DNA of 64,000 bases from Candidatus Saccharimonadota bacterium (GTDB taxonomy: Bacteria; Patescibacteriota; Saccharimonadia; Saccharimonadales; JACDBH01), in the NCBI GenBank assembly GCA_028289135.1, contig JAQGGW010000001.1, positions 12,018-76,017 on the forward strand, read 5' to 3'. The translations under genes were made by a program, and so were the position numbers. Below, piece after piece: positions 9,213 through 19,023 of the stretch. The notes under the pieces are model-generated. The model ran no database searches. It was not told where the DNA came from and was given only the letters and a program-made list of their open reading frames with translations. Position 1 is the stretch's first letter. Every line of letters starts with the position of its first letter.

Positions 9213-9231
9213 TATTGTGCTTTTGTCTACG
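9213..9231. repeat. 19-nt repeat TATTGTGCTTTTGTCTACG, copy 2 (upstream of 8291-9154)
   Basis: Identical to 8277-8295. Confidence 0.7.
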
Positions 9232-9262
9232 TGACCTTAAGCACAACGATACTACGATTTTT

Positions 9263-10003
9263 CTATCTGTACTCAGGGTTTGGATCAGCAGCGTTGCCTG
9301 CAAAGCCGCGGTGATTGCCTTTGTCCCACACGCCGCGTTGGTTGCCGTATGCCGGAATTCCGCCGTTATCTTTAAGCATTTTGGCAATGTGCATCAGGTT
9401 CCAGGTCATAAACGTGGTGTTTTTGTTGGTAAAGTCACTTTCCAGCCCGCCTGAGCCTTCGTCCAAATAACTTGGGCCTGGCCCAATGGCGCCAATCCAG
9501 CCGGCATCAGCTTGCGGCGGAATAACGTAACCTAGGTGCTGTAAACTATACAAAATATTCATGGCGCAGTGCTTCACTCCGTCTTCGTTGCCTGTAATCA
9601 AACAGCCGCCAACCTTGCCATAAAACGCATACTGCCCGTCTTTGTTAAGCTCCGAAGAGTTGCCGTACAGCCGCTCAATCACCTTTTTCATAACCGAGCT
9701 GTTGTCACCCAGCCAGATTGGCCCGCAAAGCACCAAGATGTTGGCCGACTGGACCTTTTTATAGATCTCCGGCCATTCGTCTGTATCCCAGCCGTGTTCT
9801 GTCATGTCCGGATAAACCCCGGTTGCAATGTCATGATCGATGGCGCGGATCTGCTCGACCTCTACACCCTGTTTGCGCATAATATCAATACTAATTTTAC
9901 TTAAGCCCTCGGTGTTGCTGACCGCTGGTGATTTTTTGAGCGTGCACTGGATAAAAAGTGCTTTTAGACCCGAAAAATCCCATGTTTGCTGTGCTTCCGC
10001 CAT
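9263..10003 (-). CDS. flavodoxin-like NAD(P)H-dependent FMN reductase family protein
   Basis: Flavodoxin-fold pattern: ALFIQCTLKKSP, ANILVLCGPIWLGDNSSVMKKVIERL. Confidence 0.75.
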   Translation of the reverse strand: MAEAQQTWDFSGLKALFIQCTLKKSPAVSNTEGLSKISIDIMRKQGVEVEQIRAIDHDIATGVYPDMTEHGWDTDEWPEIYKKVQSANILVLCGPIWLGDNSSVMKKVIERLYGNSSELNKDGQYAFYGKVGGCLITGNEDGVKHCAMNILYSLQHLGYVIPPQADAGWIGAIGPGPSYLDEGSGGLESDFTNKNTTFMTWNLMHIAKMLKDNGGIPAYGNQRGVWDKGNHRGFAGNAADPNPEYR

Positions 10004-10063
10004 ATAGTCCCCTTTTTATAAAACTATCATAACACCAGCCCAAGCAACTGCTCGTAAACTAAC

Positions 10064-10966
10064 CTACACAAAATTCAACATAACAATGCCACTCACGATC
10101 AAGCAGCCGGCTACAAACTTGCGGCCCAAAGTTTTTTTGTCGATCTTTTCGTTAATCATATGCGGCAGCAGTTTGGTCAACACAACTCCCAAAATAATTG
10201 CCAAAAATACTTCTGATGCGCCAACCGAGATAACAAGACCGGCGTTAGTGTAGGTAAATGCCTTAAACTGAGACATGATGGCCAGCGTATAAAACACTTC
10301 GCTTAAACCAATCACGATGATCATTCGCGGATGAAAAGGTTTCATATTTTTCATAAAACTTTTTCGTATTTTAGGGTGAAAGACTGTATAAAGCACACCA
10401 AAAACTGCGTAGCTCAGTGTCTCGTAAAATACATAAGCCACGATGTTGTTATGAGACACAACCGACTTTGCAATGATCAAACTCGTCGAAGTTAAAACTG
10501 TAGCGGCAAGCATGATTGGTATAACTTTCGTGCTATGCAAATGAAAGCCCTTGCGTGACCACGCCGAAAGCACCACGCCCGTTAAAATGATAGCCGCAGC
10601 CAAGAGCTGAAGAGGCCCTGCTTTATCCCGCAAAACAACAAAACCAAATATTAAAGTAATTGGCACAATGGCCTGTGTCAGCAAAGTTATAACGCTCGCG
10701 TCCTCAATGTTAAAGGCCTTAAAGTAAAAGGTTGATGCCGCGCAGACAACAAATCCCGAGACAGTAGCTAATAAGATATCTCTATGACTGCTTAGCGTTG
10801 GCATTCTACGCAAGAGCCAGATGAGCGCAATAAATATAATCGCAGTACTTGAGTGTACGGCAACAATCCCGCTTTGGTCACGCACAACCTTGCTTACCGA
10901 AAACTTGGTGACCATTGCCGAAGACGCGTAAAATAACGCCGAAAGCAGCGCCAATAATATCCACAT
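10064..10966 (-). CDS. EamA/DMT-superfamily transporter
   Basis: About 10 hydrophobic spans in two halves, 300 aa, typical DMT architecture. Confidence 0.75.
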   Translation of the reverse strand: MWILLALLSALFYASSAMVTKFSVSKVVRDQSGIVAVHSSTAIIFIALIWLLRRMPTLSSHRDILLATVSGFVVCAASTFYFKAFNIEDASVITLLTQAIVPITLIFGFVVLRDKAGPLQLLAAAIILTGVVLSAWSRKGFHLHSTKVIPIMLAATVLTSTSLIIAKSVVSHNNIVAYVFYETLSYAVFGVLYTVFHPKIRKSFMKNMKPFHPRMIIVIGLSEVFYTLAIMSQFKAFTYTNAGLVISVGASEVFLAIILGVVLTKLLPHMINEKIDKKTLGRKFVAGCLIVSGIVMLNFV

Positions 10967-11395
10967 TTATTTTTTGCCTTTTGCAATAAAGTCCAGCCGG
11001 GCCTGGTTGGCGTATTTGTCGGCCATTTCGTTGCCTGGGTCGTCGTTGTGACCACGAACCCAAACCAAAACAGCTCTGGAGTTGCGGTACAGCGGGCAGA
11101 CTTCCTGCACTATGTCGAGATTTTTTATCGCCCCGCCCTTTTTCTTCCAACCGTTGGCTTCCCAGCCAATAGACCACTTGGTAATGACATTAATCCAAAA
11201 TTCGCTGTCAGTATAAATCTCGCACTCTTCGCCCTTTGAATCTTTGATGGCCGCGATGATTGCTAAGCCTTCCATCCGGATGTTTGTGGTGTTGGCTTCC
11301 CCGCCCATAATCGCAGGTTTCATATCTTTAATTACAGCAAAGCCGCCATTGCCCGGGTTTGGCTCACAACTACCGTCGGTGTAGTACACAATCAT
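10967..11395 (-). CDS. rnhA: ribonuclease HI
   Basis: YTDGSC (Asp), MEGLA (Glu), IYTDSEF (Asp), GHNDDPGNEMADKYA (His/Asp). Abuts its neighbours with 0-nt gaps. Confidence 0.9.
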   Translation of the reverse strand: MIVYYTDGSCEPNPGNGGFAVIKDMKPAIMGGEANTTNIRMEGLAIIAAIKDSKGEECEIYTDSEFWINVITKWSIGWEANGWKKKGGAIKNLDIVQEVCPLYRNSRAVLVWVRGHNDDPGNEMADKYANQARLDFIAKGKK

Positions 11396-11950
11396 TTATT
11401 TTATAAGGTCTTTCAAAAGCTTAAATTCTCTATATGGTTGATTATACGTGCCAGAGCCCATATGCCCTTCACCTTTGGCAAATATAAACTGCGCGCCAAG
11501 CTTTTCTACAATTGGGCGGGCTTGTTTGTCGGTACAGCCCCACGGGTCGTTGTCGGAGTTAATTAGCACAAACTCACTAGCTTTAGTTTTAATAAGATCC
11601 CAGTCAAACTTCTCGGGCAGCATACTGCTTTGGCTATCAGACTGCGCTTCGTAATAGCCCGCCACCAAAATCACTTGCATAACCGGTGTCTCAAAAAACT
11701 CTAACAAATGCAAAACTAATGGGCAGCCCGATGAATGCCCGATAACAATTGTCTCTTCGCTAATTTCGGGCATGTTTTTAAGTACAAAATTGCTGGTTTC
11801 TTCAAGCTGTGGCGCCTCGGTATGAGGTAAAAGCGGCCACCACACACTGTAGTTTTTTGATTCTAAAAACTTCTTGGTGTCTTCAAACCAAAAATAATCC
11901 TTATCGCTGCCACCATGCCCATGCAACATAATTGCCGTTTTCATGAACAC
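11396..11950 (-). CDS. alpha/beta serine hydrolase, YdeN/RBBP9-like
   Basis: GHSSGC nucleophile elbow, NSDNDPW (Asp), GEGHM (His), 184 aa. Confidence 0.7.
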   Translation of the reverse strand: MFMKTAIMLHGHGGSDKDYFWFEDTKKFLESKNYSVWWPLLPHTEAPQLEETSNFVLKNMPEISEETIVIGHSSGCPLVLHLLEFFETPVMQVILVAGYYEAQSDSQSSMLPEKFDWDLIKTKASEFVLINSDNDPWGCTDKQARPIVEKLGAQFIFAKGEGHMGSGTYNQPYREFKLLKDLIK

Positions 11951-11961
11951 ATCATACCAGT

Positions 11962-13035
11962 TTATGGGCGAATCTGGGGAGCTAAAAGCTCTTCGTCATC
12001 TAAAGGTTTTAATGGGCGTTTTTTGAGGATCTCAAAGCGCTCACCAGTCATGGGCGATTCAAAATAATCTTCATTCAGCAGGTTTACAAATCTAGTTAAG
12101 TCACGATCGTCCATAATAATAATCGCGCCGCTGTCGTCGGTCATCAAGCCCACGCCCATTTCGTCCGAATGGTCTATAAGGTCCTGCTGTTTTATCTTGC
12201 CCGGCTCCAGCTTCTGCATTTTTTTGATGGTCGAAGGTTTGCCCTTAATCAAACTCTGCAGACTAATTCCCTCTGCAAAACTAAGCTTAAAGTTTTCTTC
12301 AATTTCTTTAACCTTTTTAATCGCCACGCTCGCGGCCTTGGCGTCATAACCAAACAAAGCTTTCAACTTAGCCTGATTAAACACAAACAAATCCTGCCCC
12401 ACGACCAGCAGCTGATTTTCACCCGGGATCTTTAGCGCGCTCATGCCTTCGAACGGCTTAAATACATTGTCTTTCAAAAGCCACGCTGTATGGCCCTTCA
12501 TAATCTGTGATGTCGGCAAGCTTTTTAGCAAATAAAACGGCTTTGGCATGTCTTTATGCGTGCAGTGTGCAACCACGCCTTTAATGCGCTTTAGGTCATG
12601 CTCTTGTTCGTTAAAGACTTCAATGTTGCCTTGTTCGTGCTTGATCCAGTTCAGTACTTCAACCAATTTGTCGACGTTCTTGACCTGGGTACGCTGCAGA
12701 ACATTGTCTTCTGCTTCGGCCTCTTCAAAATCGCGGACAATTAAGCCTTTTTCTACTCCGCCCAATATAAATTCTAAAATTTCGTCCAAAAACAACGGTC
12801 GCAGCTGCCGTGCCACATCACCACCAAGCTTAGTGCGATACACTGTGTTATTTTTGTTAAAAAAATACAGGTCAATCTTAAGGTCGTCAATATACTGCAC
12901 CAAGTTGTTCGCCCATGCAAAAACATCTATCTCTTCATAGTCCTTGGACCAAGCATCAACCGGCGCTAAAATATCCTGGCCTGCCGCCGCGCTATCTTTT
13001 GTCAGTGCTTCTGTTTGTTTTTCGTCATCCATCAA
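11962..13035 (-). CDS. hypothetical protein (357 aa), possibly DUF4868/KwaB-like
   Basis: ORF track. General resemblance from memory only (LLVVGQDLFVFNQAKLKALFGYD segment). Not verifiable here. Confidence 0.5.
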   Translation of the reverse strand: MMDDEKQTEALTKDSAAAGQDILAPVDAWSKDYEEIDVFAWANNLVQYIDDLKIDLYFFNKNNTVYRTKLGGDVARQLRPLFLDEILEFILGGVEKGLIVRDFEEAEAEDNVLQRTQVKNVDKLVEVLNWIKHEQGNIEVFNEQEHDLKRIKGVVAHCTHKDMPKPFYLLKSLPTSQIMKGHTAWLLKDNVFKPFEGMSALKIPGENQLLVVGQDLFVFNQAKLKALFGYDAKAASVAIKKVKEIEENFKLSFAEGISLQSLIKGKPSTIKKMQKLEPGKIKQQDLIDHSDEMGVGLMTDDSGAIIIMDDRDLTRFVNLLNEDYFESPMTGERFEILKKRPLKPLDDEELLAPQIRP

Positions 13036-13112
13036 CGCTCTATTTTAACGCACGCGCGCCAAATAAAGTGCTGTAAAATGAACTTTATCTTAACCCAGGC
13101 AGAAGCATACGT

Positions 13113-13427
13113 TTATCCTGACAAGTAGGAGGACCATAGCCCCCACGACCTTTTTACGTCAAGTTGATCCGGGGTTAATAGTGCATGCGTACTAAAGCCA
13201 ACTTGTTCTGCGCGTTCTTGTTGTAAAGCCAAGTCATACGCATTTAAAAAAGCTGACCCTAAGATTGTGCTTATATGTACGGCATGGATAATTGCTTCGT
13301 CAGAAACAACATCCACTTCACGCACAGTAGCTGGATCCACACCCACAATTTCATAAAAATTAACTACGCCTTGACTAATTACTACACGGGAGGGCGTATA
13401 AGCATGTTCAGTGAATCCTTCGGCCAT
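13113..13427 (-). CDS. hypothetical protein (104 aa)
   Basis: ORF track only. AT-richer patch. Confidence 0.4.
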   Translation of the reverse strand: MAEGFTEHAYTPSRVVISQGVVNFYEIVGVDPATVREVDVVSDEAIIHAVHISTILGSAFLNAYDLALQQERAEQVGFSTHALLTPDQLDVKRSWGLWSSYLSG

Positions 13428-13530
13428 TTTTATTTCCTATTTTTACGTATACTACTGTAATACGCCTATGCTTATAGAAAATCAAGCAGATTTATAGCCT
13501 AGAACCGCCAACCTGTTTTTATAGAGATCT

Positions 13531-13917
13531 TTAATCTTTTTTGCTGTGCGCCTTAAGCCAGGCCGCAATTGTAGGGACGTCATAGTGCTCAACCGCTACT
13601 GCAACGGCAAAGTCTTCCAGTTCCTTATCCGTTAGTGATGACGTGTCATAGCCATTTAGGTTAAGAAAAACCAGCGCAGCCATGGTTCCCGTTCGTTTGT
13701 TGCCGTCACTAAACGGATGATCGGCAATGATACCCCGCATCAGCACGGCCGCTTTCTCGAAAATAGTCGGATATAAATCCTGGCCAAATACTTCTTGGCG
13801 CATTGAAGCCAGAGCCGACTCAATCCGCTCAGTGTCCCTTATACCCTGCGACCCGCCGCTGGCATCGATTATTTGGATATGGATAATGCCAACATCATCA
13901 AATGTTAAAAACTTCAT
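13531..13917 (-). CDS. doc: Doc (death-on-curing) Fic-family toxin
   Basis: Fic/Doc motif HPFSDGNKRTG. 128 aa. Antitoxin gene immediately upstream. Confidence 0.9.
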   Translation of the reverse strand: MKFLTFDDVGIIHIQIIDASGGSQGIRDTERIESALASMRQEVFGQDLYPTIFEKAAVLMRGIIADHPFSDGNKRTGTMAALVFLNLNGYDTSSLTDKELEDFAVAVAVEHYDVPTIAAWLKAHSKKD

Positions 13918-13925
13918 GCGGCATC

Positions 13926-14162
13926 CTATCGCTGACTGAGGTTTTTTAAGGCTGTCTCGTGGCGCTTAATCAGCTTGCGGGCAATTTCTACAACCTCGGT
14001 CTGATGTGTGTCTTCAGCTACTGGCCGGCTAATAGATACTTCAAGCTCTTCGCCGGCTTTAACATCATAAAAGCGGGCGTCGCGCGCCGGGATAGTAACT
14101 GCCAGGCTGCTGCCAACTTTAATAACCTTTTGGATTGACTTGATTTCCATGTTTTTACTCAT
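13926..14162 (-). CDS. AbrB/MazE/SpoVT-fold antitoxin (Phd-equivalent)
   Basis: VGSSLAVTIPARDARFYDVKAGEELEV swapped-hairpin motif. 78 aa. Upstream of doc. Confidence 0.8.
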   Translation of the reverse strand: MSKNMEIKSIQKVIKVGSSLAVTIPARDARFYDVKAGEELEVSISRPVAEDTHQTEVVEIARKLIKRHETALKNLSQR

Positions 14163-14228
14163 ATGGGCATTATAACAATATTATAATATTATTGCAATAA
14201 TTTTTATGATTTTGAGCGATATACTAGG

Positions 14229-14648
14229 CTAAAGAGCGCCGTAAAAGCACTCATAATCACCGCCCTTTTCCATACCAAGCGCTTGGTAGCGGCTGTTTAG
14301 GTCTTCGCGGGTTGGGTCGGAATAAATCAACACTTCTGGATGTCCACGCTGCTTCAAAACGCCCGATGCTGCTTTGTATAAAGCCTCTGCTGCCCCAAGG
14401 TTATTGTCCTTGGTTACGAACCTATAAAACCACGCCACCCGGCCGTCTTCCACCAAAGAAATCGTACCCAAAATTTCACCGTTTTCCTCGTCGACAATAA
14501 TCGACTGCGGGTCCGCCGTGACCTTATGCAGCATTATCTCTTGGCTGTCACGGTGTTCGTCAAACTTTCCCCCGTACCATTCGGCGTGCTGGTAGAGCGC
14601 CTTAACCTGCTCATAATCGGTGTCCATATATCCTCGTATCATGCACAC
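14229..14648 (-). CDS. GNAT family N-acetyltransferase
   Basis: GNAT-like core: RVAWFYRFVT...LGAAEALYKAASGVLKQRG. True start may be internal. Confidence 0.7.
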   Translation of the reverse strand: MCMIRGYMDTDYEQVKALYQHAEWYGGKFDEHRDSQEIMLHKVTADPQSIIVDEENGEILGTISLVEDGRVAWFYRFVTKDNNLGAAEALYKAASGVLKQRGHPEVLIYSDPTREDLNSRYQALGMEKGGDYECFYGAL

Positions 14649-14722
14649 ATAATAGCATCTTTTTAAGGAGTCATTTCCTAGAATATTTGCTTTTTATATA
14701 ATTTAAAGTTATAATATATTTT

Positions 14723-15571
14723 ATGAGTTTACCAAAAGAAACACTTGATATTCATAGTGTCACTGCTTTTGCGGGCGGTGTAAACACCGAATATAGAGTT
14801 TTATTATTACAGCTTACACCTGCCTTTGGATCCAACTCTTGGGCGAATCCTCTTTATACCCTCTGCAATTTACAAAGCTTCGATACGAGTGGAATCACAA
14901 GCAACTTTAGGCCTGGTTACTTAAAGCAAGATCAGGAACGCATGGTAAATAAAGGATTCCTTGCCGTACGATCAGATGGTACTTACCAGAGAAACCTTGC
15001 GGGAGAAATTGCTCTCGGTTTTGGCGGTCTTCAGCTTGAAACAGGGATAAATACAGGTGTGCCAATAAAAACTCTCGTTGGTGAAGGTGGCCAGGGTCTT
15101 CGGCCCGATGGCACTATACGTGATGGCGTCGAGTCCCGGCTTGCTACTTTACTTGCCTTTTACAACCGTGCGCCAAATAAGTGGTTTCCATTTAAAGAAC
15201 TTGTGTCTGACTTAGAGCCTCTTAAAACAGGTGAAGAAGGCACTCGTCATACACTTAAACGACTAGTTCAAGCTAATTTGGCCGAACAAAGACTTGTCGC
15301 AATTGCCAAGAAGTCTGGCAATCATTCAATGCAAGTACGTATGCGCAAGCGTGAAGGAATAGAATATCGTACTGCTGTTGGCCAGTATCTTGGAAATGTT
15401 ATTAGTCTAGCTACAATGGACGTCGAGAGACTGGCTGCCGGTCAACAGTTTGTTGCTACTACACTTGAGAGCGTAAAAACTGATCCTAAAAAAGTAGATC
15501 TTGTATCTGAGTTATTAGAAAGAACTCAAAGAACTACTCCACGGTTTGGTAAAAGCCCTAAAAAGAAATAA
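14723..15571 (+). CDS. hypothetical protein (282 aa)
   Basis: ORF track. TATAAT at 14710-14715 lies only 7 nt before the ATG and there is no SD, so the mRNA may be leaderless. Confidence 0.5.
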   Translation: MSLPKETLDIHSVTAFAGGVNTEYRVLLLQLTPAFGSNSWANPLYTLCNLQSFDTSGITSNFRPGYLKQDQERMVNKGFLAVRSDGTYQRNLAGEIALGFGGLQLETGINTGVPIKTLVGEGGQGLRPDGTIRDGVESRLATLLAFYNRAPNKWFPFKELVSDLEPLKTGEEGTRHTLKRLVQANLAEQRLVAIAKKSGNHSMQVRMRKREGIEYRTAVGQYLGNVISLATMDVERLAAGQQFVATTLESVKTDPKKVDLVSELLERTQRTTPRFGKSPKKK

Positions 15572-15595
15572 TACTTCATAATTTTCGGTTATAGT

Positions 15596-16042
15596 ATGAG
15601 CATGCAAAGAAGAATTGCCGTGCGCGGGATTGTTGTTTTGGACGGCAAACTTTTATGCTTTCGTCTAAAGCCGTACCGTAATGTTGAGCAGTCTACTCAT
15701 TGGTCGACGCCTGGCGGCGGCATTGACGACGGCGAAGCGATTATCCCTGCCCTTGAACGAGAAATGATTGAAGAAACTGGCATCCCAGCCAATGTAGGCC
15801 GTCTGCTTTATGTGCAGCAATACAACTTTAAAGGCCAAGAAAACTTAGAATTCTTTTTTGAGATCACAAACGCCAAAGATTATTTGAATATCGACCTGAG
15901 CAAAACCACCCACGGCGAAACCGAAATTGCCGAATTCGGATTTATCGATCCATCGGACCAAAAAGTCCTGCCGGAATTTCTGCAAACCGTAAAATTCGAC
16001 GAAGCCAACTTTTCAACCCCGCAAGTTTTTAACTATCTGTAA
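15596..16042 (+). CDS. NUDIX hydrolase
   Basis: Nudix box GGGIDDGEAIIPALEREMIEETGI. Confidence 0.85.
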   Translation: MSMQRRIAVRGIVVLDGKLLCFRLKPYRNVEQSTHWSTPGGGIDDGEAIIPALEREMIEETGIPANVGRLLYVQQYNFKGQENLEFFFEITNAKDYLNIDLSKTTHGETEIAEFGFIDPSDQKVLPEFLQTVKFDEANFSTPQVFNYL

Positions 16043-16545
16043 CCATAGCACCGGTAAGCTGGTTTGGTGTATTGGCGGCTTAGCCGTTTTGCTTCATAAA
16101 TAAGCGCGCAGGCGGCAGGTGTGTAGACGGCAATGATCAAACCTGTTGGTTCATGCAGCCAGTCCAGCCCGCGGCCCACATGCGGCAAAACTTTATAAAC
16201 TTTTCCTATCACTTGGCCCGAAGGAAATGGAAGATCATGCATATCTAACGCATCGCCTTTGGTAATAAGTTTGCCGGTTTGATAATTTATACTAACCAGA
16301 CGGTGTGATACCACCACACGCTGGTCCGCCGGGCTGCGGTAGCTCACAACATCGCCCACGTGCAAGTCTGGCAATAAGATCCAGCGCGTTAACAGCGCGT
16401 CGCCTGGGTTAAAATACGGCACCATACTTCCAGTTTGGACACTTAGGATTTTGTCCCCTTCTGCGTGCCGGTACAGCGCCAGGCCACAACCGCCAAGCAG
16501 TGTTGCCACCAACAAAAATATCATTACTTTTTTAAGAATATGCAT
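16033..16545 (-). CDS. sipW: signal peptidase I, SipW (archaeal/ER) type
   Basis: N-terminal TM span then SVQTGSMVPYFNPGDAL (catalytic Ser box). Adjacent to a TasA-like substrate gene. Confidence 0.8.
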   Translation of the reverse strand: MHILKKVMIFLLVATLLGGCGLALYRHAEGDKILSVQTGSMVPYFNPGDALLTRWILLPDLHVGDVVSYRSPADQRVVVSHRLVSINYQTGKLITKGDALDMHDLPFPSGQVIGKVYKVLPHVGRGLDWLHEPTGLIIAVYTPAACALIYEAKRLSRQYTKPAYRCYGYR

Positions 16546-16562
16546 TGTACAAAAGCTCAGTG

Positions 16563-17135
16563 TTACTGGGCGATGCCGATAAACACAAAGTCTATGTTAC
16601 CCAAAGATGCGCCGCTGCCTGTAAACGCATCCGCCGCCATAGAAATCTGGATTTTATATTGGTAGGCAGTGCTGGCTGGCAAAGTGTCAATTAAAGCCGT
16701 GCCGCCATCAGCGTATGAAGCAAGCAAACTAGCTAGCGTAAACGTCTGTGAAGTTCCGCCCGGTACGTGGGTGATAATCACCGAAACTTTTGCCAGGTCA
16801 ACGCTGCTGAGGTTGGTTGGCGTTGTGCTAATTGCCAGCTTAACCTGGCTGGCGGTTGTGCCGGAGTTCTTAAGATAAAAAGAATTGCCTGCCGCAGGAA
16901 CCGCAGGACCGCCAGGGACAACTCCCGGGAAGTCAAAACCGGTGTGCGAGCTGGTATAGGTTGTGCCGTCGGTGCTTACCTTTAGGTCGGCCGTGGCGCT
17001 TTCGATTGTGTTGCCGCTCAACACCGCCTGCTGGCTTTGCAGTGCCGCAAACGTCACACCGCTGACGATGACCATTATTATTCCCATTACACTAACAGCC
17101 CGCAGGATCGGCTTAAAGTTGCTTTGCTTTTTCAT
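16563..17135 (-). CDS. TasA/camelysin-like secreted protein with SipW-type signal peptide
   Basis: Signal peptide ending VSGVTFAALQSQ resembles the SipW-cognate TFAYF class. Located directly upstream of sipW. Confidence 0.6.
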   Translation of the reverse strand: MKKQSNFKPILRAVSVMGIIMVIVSGVTFAALQSQQAVLSGNTIESATADLKVSTDGTTYTSSHTGFDFPGVVPGGPAVPAAGNSFYLKNSGTTASQVKLAISTTPTNLSSVDLAKVSVIITHVPGGTSQTFTLASLLASYADGGTALIDTLPASTAYQYKIQISMAADAFTGSGASLGNIDFVFIGIAQ

Positions 17136-17247
17136 ACACTGTTTCCTTGATTATTTGGTGCTATATTTGCATCTTAAATAATTCAAGTCAATAGTTTTTT
17201 TATAAAGTCCAATATATTTTAAAGCATAAGTTTTAACAGATACGGCT

Positions 17248-17625
17248 CTAAATAACTTTCTTAACCCATTCGAACTCAGCAAAACCGCCCACCGCTGCGC
17301 CAATTTCGTTCAATTCGCAAACATCCAGAATGTGCACACCCATCTTCCCAAGACGCGGCAATTTAAGCACCATAGATGCCCCAAGCATTCGATTTGGATG
17401 CATATAAGGTATTACACCCACAAGCGGGTACATGCCTAAAGGAACCTTATTCATCCTATCCTTGTTAACGGTTTCACAGATATCAGGCGCTACATCATGT
17501 ACAGACAGATCAGGAATACCACTAAAAGACCACTGTATGGTTTGCAGCTCTCTGTCCCGATCAATTTCCTGTAGTCTATCCCGGATATAAATAATATGTC
17601 CGCGATCCACACCTGGAAGATACAT
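17248..17625 (-). CDS. hypothetical protein (125 aa)
   Basis: ORF track. Starts 1 nt after the glyQS stop. AT-richer. Confidence 0.45.
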   Translation of the reverse strand: MYLPGVDRGHIIYIRDRLQEIDRDRELQTIQWSFSGIPDLSVHDVAPDICETVNKDRMNKVPLGMYPLVGVIPYMHPNRMLGASMVLKLPRLGKMGVHILDVCELNEIGAAVGGFAEFEWVKKVI

Positions 17626-17626
17626 A

Positions 17627-18982
17627 TTAAAGGTCCTTTATAGCCACCCTGGTTTGTTCGGTCGTATCGCGGTCGCGCACGGTCACTGTCCCGTCTTCCA
17701 GCGTGTCAAAATCAATCGTTACGCATTTTGGGGTTCCAATTTCGTCTTGGCGGCGGTAGCGCTTGCCGATGTTGCCATTGTCGTCGTATTCCGTCGCAAA
17801 GTTTTGGCTTAGCATTTCATAGACTTCGCGCGCCTTAGCCACAAGTTCTGGTTTGTTGCGAAGCAGCGGGAAAACAGCATATTTTACGGGCGCTAATGCT
17901 GGCTTAAGTTTAAGAACAGTGCGCTCTTCCCCGTTTGGCAAAGTTTCCACCTTGTAAGCGTCCGAAAATACCGCCAAGAAACAGCGGCCCATACCCATTG
18001 ATGTTTCCAAAACCCACGGGATATATTTTTCGTTGGTGTGCGGGTCGGTGTAGTTAAGATCCGTTCCAGAAAACTTCATGTGCTGAGTCAGGTCGTAGTT
18101 TGTCCGGTCATGAACGCCTTCAATCTCGTCAAAGCCCCAGGTCGGGAAATTGTACTCAACATCCCACGCGTCCTTGGCATAAAACACTAAGTTTTCGTGC
18201 TGCTTCCATTGCAGATTTTTTTCTTCAATCCCAAGACTTAAATACCAATTCCAGCGGTCTTTTTTAATCAGCTCATATGCCTCTTTGTTTTCGTTAGGGC
18301 GGATAAACAGCTGGGTGTCGGCCTGCTCAAGTTCGCGGGTGCGAAACAAGAAATTACGCGGGCTGATTTCGTTACGAAACGCCTTGCCGATCTGGGCAAC
18401 GCCAAATGGAATCTTTACGCGGGTCGTATCGACAATATTTTTAAAGTTCAGATAAATTCCCTGACAAGCCTCACCCGGCAGATAAACAGGATTCTTGCCT
18501 TCGCCGGTAAAGTCACCAAGATTTGATTTAACCAGCAAATTAAACGCGCGCACTGGCGAAAATTCTTTAGCGCCGCAGTTTGGACACTTTATTTTGTCAC
18601 GGTTTTCGTCAAACAGCTTTTGCAGTTCGGCTTCCGACATTTTCTCGTCTGCGGTTACGCCGATTTTTTCTAATTCTTTGTCTACCCGTATGCGCGTATT
18701 GCACTTTTTGCACTCCGCCAAAGGGTCAGAAAACCCAGAGGTGTGGCCAGAAGCCTCCCAGACACGCGGATCCTTAAACATCGCAGAATCGAGCCCAACA
18801 TAATTTTCTTTTAGGCGCACATTGGTCTTCCACCAAGAAGCCTTGATGTTGTTATACAGCTCCACGCCGTACGGGCCAAAGTCATAAAGCCCAGCCATTC
18901 CGCCATAAATCTCACTACCCTGATAGACAAAACCGCGGCGCTTTGCCAAAGAAATAATATCGTCCATTTTTACATCGCTCAT
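17627..18982 (-). CDS. glyQS: glycine--tRNA ligase (homodimeric GlyQS type)
   Basis: N-terminus IISLAKRRGFVYQGSEIYGGMAGLYDFGPYGVELYNNIK and class II core. 451 aa. Confidence 0.95.
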   Translation of the reverse strand: MSDVKMDDIISLAKRRGFVYQGSEIYGGMAGLYDFGPYGVELYNNIKASWWKTNVRLKENYVGLDSAMFKDPRVWEASGHTSGFSDPLAECKKCNTRIRVDKELEKIGVTADEKMSEAELQKLFDENRDKIKCPNCGAKEFSPVRAFNLLVKSNLGDFTGEGKNPVYLPGEACQGIYLNFKNIVDTTRVKIPFGVAQIGKAFRNEISPRNFLFRTRELEQADTQLFIRPNENKEAYELIKKDRWNWYLSLGIEEKNLQWKQHENLVFYAKDAWDVEYNFPTWGFDEIEGVHDRTNYDLTQHMKFSGTDLNYTDPHTNEKYIPWVLETSMGMGRCFLAVFSDAYKVETLPNGEERTVLKLKPALAPVKYAVFPLLRNKPELVAKAREVYEMLSQNFATEYDDNGNIGKRYRRQDEIGTPKCVTIDFDTLEDGTVTVRDRDTTEQTRVAIKDL

Positions 18983-19023
18983 AATTGCTTAAAGTATACG
19001 ATTATCAGGTGTTATCGGCAAGC

